Shown one piece after another: positions 24,250 through 26,835 of a DNA stretch of 26,835 nt. Every line of letters starts with the position of its first letter. Position 1 is the first letter of the stretch. Source of the stretch: a virus. Lineage: Duplodnaviria > Caudoviricetes. Where the stretch lies: the IMG/VR virus record IMGVR_UViG_3300044636_000037, positions 1 to 26,835 of that record; one strand, written 5' to 3'. The notes beneath the pieces were generated by a model that was given only the letters and a program-made list of their open reading frames with translations, made no database searches and was not told where the DNA came from. The translations under genes and the position numbers were made by a program.

Positions 24250-24415
24250 AAAAGCCCGTCTCGTGGGCCAGACGGTTGACGCTTAAGGTGGAGGCTGTGC
24301 GGGGGGTGCCCAACACGCGGGTGCCTTACCGTCAACTGACGCGGTTTGCGGTATCACTCCCGCAGGGGAAGGGTGAAAGAAAACCCCATCCAACGCACTC
24401 ACGCCTTACGTTGAA
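24250..24415 (-). ncRNA. Candidate structured RNA (multi-stem, possible pseudoknot)
   Basis: Longest non-coding gap in the window, almost wholly covered by complementary segments; G-U pairs favour the minus strand. Confidence 0.55.
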
Positions 24416-24670
24416 TTACTTCATCGCTCCGCTCGACTTGCGACGGAACGAACGATTCTTAGATGGTGCCTGTAGACGAGTGCCGTCGCGGTTGGTGCCG
24501 CCTTTCGACAACGCCCTTACATGTGCCACATCTTTACCTTTTCGGTCAATGCCTTTTTTGTCGTACGACCGACGCGCACGTTGTCGCTCCATACGATCTT
24601 CATGTTCGTCACGCGCTACCTGCTTTTTGTACTCATGCTTGTAGGGGCGCGGCTTGTTTACATACGGCAT
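24416..24670 (-). CDS. Small basic HNH-like endonuclease
   Basis: 'KDVAHVRALSKGGTN...NRS' matches the D-x-x-H...GG.N...N beta-beta-alpha pattern; Arg-rich helix upstream; AGGTGAGG RBS. Confidence 0.7.
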   Translation of the reverse strand: MPYVNKPRPYKHEYKKQVARDEHEDRMERQRARRSYDKKGIDRKGKDVAHVRALSKGGTNRDGTRLQAPSKNRSFRRKSSGAMK

Positions 24671-24672
24671 AA

Positions 24673-25326
24673 CTACCTCACCTTGTAGAACTTACATTTC
24701 TCGACCGGACACCAACCGCACAAGCCAGTTGGTTTCTCAGGCCACATGTTGTTTTCGTACGATAACTCTAATCTATTCAAATCGGATGCAAACTCCATCC
24801 AGAGTTTGTTTATATCAGAACGCGAATACTCTTCCGGCACGAACGAGTTCCTAGTTATGAACAGCAGTCCCGCCTTGATGTTGACCACCTCTGGGAAGTG
24901 GCAGTAAGTCATCAACGCCATCAACTTCAACTGCTTCGGGTCAGGATACTTATTGCTGCCGGTCTTGTAGTCGATGATGTATGCATCCTCACCGTCCACG
25001 ATCAGCAAATCAACAATCCCACGAACCCAACGGTTCTCGTCGTCAAACTCACACGGCGTCTTGTCCAGTCGCAGCCCCATCTGATATTCGGGGTATCGGT
25101 TTCCCGGTATCTTCAAGAGTTCATCAAGCACAGGCTTGTAGTGTGCGTAGTGCTTGGCAAGCGGCTTGCCTTCGCGAACGTAGTCTTCGACAGCCTTGTG
25201 AACCTCCGTTCCATACAACATCTGCTCTGTAACTTTCTTAGTTACAGACTTGGCAACCTTAACTTCGTAATACTGCCGAGGGCAGTTCACAAAGTCTTTA
25301 AGGCTACTGTACGACCATTGAATCAT
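24673..25326 (-). CDS. Cas4-like / PD-(D/E)xK exonuclease
   Basis: 'SYSSL...CPRQY', 'GTEVH', 'GIVDLL...IIDYKTG', 'QLKLMA', C-terminal CxxC...C (four-Cys Fe-S arrangement). Confidence 0.9.
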   Translation of the reverse strand: MIQWSYSSLKDFVNCPRQYYEVKVAKSVTKKVTEQMLYGTEVHKAVEDYVREGKPLAKHYAHYKPVLDELLKIPGNRYPEYQMGLRLDKTPCEFDDENRWVRGIVDLLIVDGEDAYIIDYKTGSNKYPDPKQLKLMALMTYCHFPEVVNIKAGLLFITRNSFVPEEYSRSDINKLWMEFASDLNRLELSYENNMWPEKPTGLCGWCPVEKCKFYKVR

Positions 25327-25508
25327 TCGTTGTCACCCTTAACGTGGACACCCAAGTCAGCCAGTTGTTTGCGCTGCTTAACTATGGTCTTCCAGTAACT
25401 ATTGTTCAGTTCTCTCAAAGTCTTCATGTAGATTTCCTCCAACCGTATGTGCTCCTTCAGCAGAGTAACTTCTGCCTCAAGTTCCTTTATACGATCAGCA
25501 CTCTCCAT
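25323..25508 (-). CDS. Hypothetical coiled-coil protein (61 aa, MESADRIKELEAEV...)
   Basis: ATG at 25508 preferred over GTG 25532 because it shortens the overlap with pol; ATGA overlap with the nuclease start. Confidence 0.65.
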   Translation of the reverse strand: MESADRIKELEAEVTLLKEHIRLEEIYMKTLRELNNSYWKTIVKQRKQLADLGVHVKGDNE

Positions 25509-26835
25509 AAGACTGTCCGTGTTTAGTCTCACAGGCCACAGGCAGACCTTTAGCCCAGTCCGGTGGAGTAGACATTACTTGTGTTATGAACGCAAGGGCG
25601 TCTTGAAGTTCACTCGTGCGTACCACGATAACCGCAGCGTCATGCACCGTCAGCACGGGCCTGTATCGCTCACGTAGTTTAAGCATCTGCTCAGCCACGA
25701 TGATACGAGCAAGTGCCTGCACGACGTTCTCGACTACCGAACCTCCCCAGATAGATACAGCACCCTTGCGGGAGTCGTAGGTCATGCGTTCATCTTCGAT
25801 ACGCAAATTCGGGTATCGGATATACAACCCATTAGGCAGTCGTAGACCTGTGCTGTTTACTCTTACTGCATCGTGTTGCCCCAACGAATACTCATTCATC
25901 TCGCTAGTCCAACCTGCGATATGACTCAGCGCCATCTCTGAATCACGCCACAAGTCCACGATCTTGTCGTTGATGCTGCGATACAGGTTCACGATCTGCT
26001 TGCACTCGTCTTCTGGCAAGTCGGCTCCCGGCGGCTGCGTCTTCAGCGTGTGCCGTAACTTCGCTGCACCTGTGCCGTAGCCAAGTCCAAGGATGCAGGT
26101 CTTACCTACGAACCGTTCGACGGGATCGGCCTTGCTGATCGGTCGCTTGTAAATCTTGCTAGCGAACCTGCTGTATACGTCATCACCCTCGCGGAACTGC
26201 TCAACCAGAGCATGCTCTCCTGCAAGCCACGCCAGAACCCGTGCTTCGATCTGTGAACTGTCACAGTTAATAACGGTGTAGCCTTCGGGTGCAATCACCG
26301 AGTTCTTCAGTGTCTTCTTTTTCTTGTCGCGGCTAGGCAGGTTCTGGAAATTAACCGAGTCAGTCCCGGCCCAACGGCCTGTGTGAGCGCCGTAATACTT
26401 GAGCGGGATAGGTAGCCGACCGCGATTCCTAGCACCAATACCGATAAAGCGTTCAATGCGTGACTCCTCTATGGTTGACTTAGTACCCAAACGCACGGCG
26501 CACAGTTGCTGTACAAGCGGGTTATCGGATTCCAGTAATGCGATAAAGCCCTCGTCGTTCTTGGCGAGAGCGAAAGTTTCCTTGTTCGTTGTGACACTGA
26601 CTTTCTTGGGCGGCTCGACACCGTGTTCTTTTAAGACAGCAGCGAACTGCGGGTTGCTTGCCAACTTCTTGCGTACATCTTCTTCGGTAGCCGCGCCGAG
26701 TTTGTCCATCAGACCGCGCAGCAGTTCAGACTTCTCCTGTTTGATTTCTTCAAGACGCTGTAGCAACAAGGCGTCGTCAACATGCAGCACAGGTTGCGTA
26801 TACATACGCAGCGTCATGTCGATGAGGTCTAGTTC
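25495..26835 (-). CDS. Family A DNA polymerase, 5'-truncated by the window edge
   Basis: 'HTGRW...NFQNLP', motif A 'DSSQIEARVLA', motif B 'RFVGKTCILGLGYG', motif C 'TVHD'; frame stays open to 26835. Confidence 0.95.
   Translation of the reverse strand, partial: ELDLIDMTLRMYTQPVLHVDDALLLQRLEEIKQEKSELLRGLMDKLGAATEEDVRKKLASNPQFAAVLKEHGVEPPKKVSVTTNKETFALAKNDEGFIALLESDNPLVQQLCAVRLGTKSTIEESRIERFIGIGARNRGRLPIPLKYYGAHTGRWAGTDSVNFQNLPSRDKKKKTLKNSVIAPEGYTVINCDSSQIEARVLAWLAGEHALVEQFREGDDVYSRFASKIYKRPISKADPVERFVGKTCILGLGYGTGAAKLRHTLKTQPPGADLPEDECKQIVNLYRSINDKIVDLWRDSEMALSHIAGWTSEMNEYSLGQHDAVRVNSTGLRLPNGLYIRYPNLRIEDERMTYDSRKGAVSIWGGSVVENVVQALARIIVAEQMLKLRERYRPVLTVHDAAVIVVRTSELQDALAFITQVMSTPPDWAKGLPVACETKHGQSYGEC

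Noticed and set aside
24335-24380. Hammerhead-like CTGAcG...GAAA on the plus strand
   Set aside because: The core reads CUGACGC rather than CUGANGA and the flanking stems do not fit the hammerhead topology.
24276-24644. 122 aa plus-strand ORF across the RNA candidate and HNH-like gene
   Set aside because: TTG start, no RBS, non-protein-like composition, antisense to the operon.
24673-25326. Cas4-like gene as evidence of a CRISPR-Cas system
   Set aside because: No cas1/cas2 or array; solo Cas4-like nucleases are routine in phage replication modules.
1-26835. tRNA, rRNA, integrase, IS elements or stop-codon reassignment
   Set aside because: None recognised; genes are full length under the standard code and all three stop codons terminate genes.

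Overview
A 26.8 kb fragment of a tailed dsDNA bacteriophage (or prophage) genome, most likely short-tailed/podovirus-like, with two convergent gene blocks. The + strand (1-17991) carries late genes: the end of a probable tail-fibre gene, small accessory genes, a lysis cassette (several membrane proteins, a 3-TM holin, a GH24 endolysin), a tail nozzle/stabilisation-type protein, and a block of probable internal virion/DNA-ejection proteins (984 aa Gly/Pro-rich, a GNAT acyltransferase, 693 aa Gln-rich, 497 aa, and a 1993 aa polyvalent-type protein). The - strand (17988-26835) carries replication genes: family A DNA polymerase (truncated by the window edge), Cas4-like nuclease, small HNH-like protein, SNF2 helicase, putative SSB, HTH protein and an AEP primase/DUF927 helicase. 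Most notable: a probable gene overprinted inside the 1993 aa gene, a ~170 nt pseudoknotted RNA candidate right after the HNH-like gene, a recurring [FYM]-A-x-G-G motif with a tape-measure-like C-terminal module, a GNAT next to an MCGGG-starting protein with 23 hendecad repeats, tandem FtsK-gamma-like domains, and an unannotated 26 aa ORF in the lysis cassette. All family assignments are by-eye motif recognition; no database searches were run.
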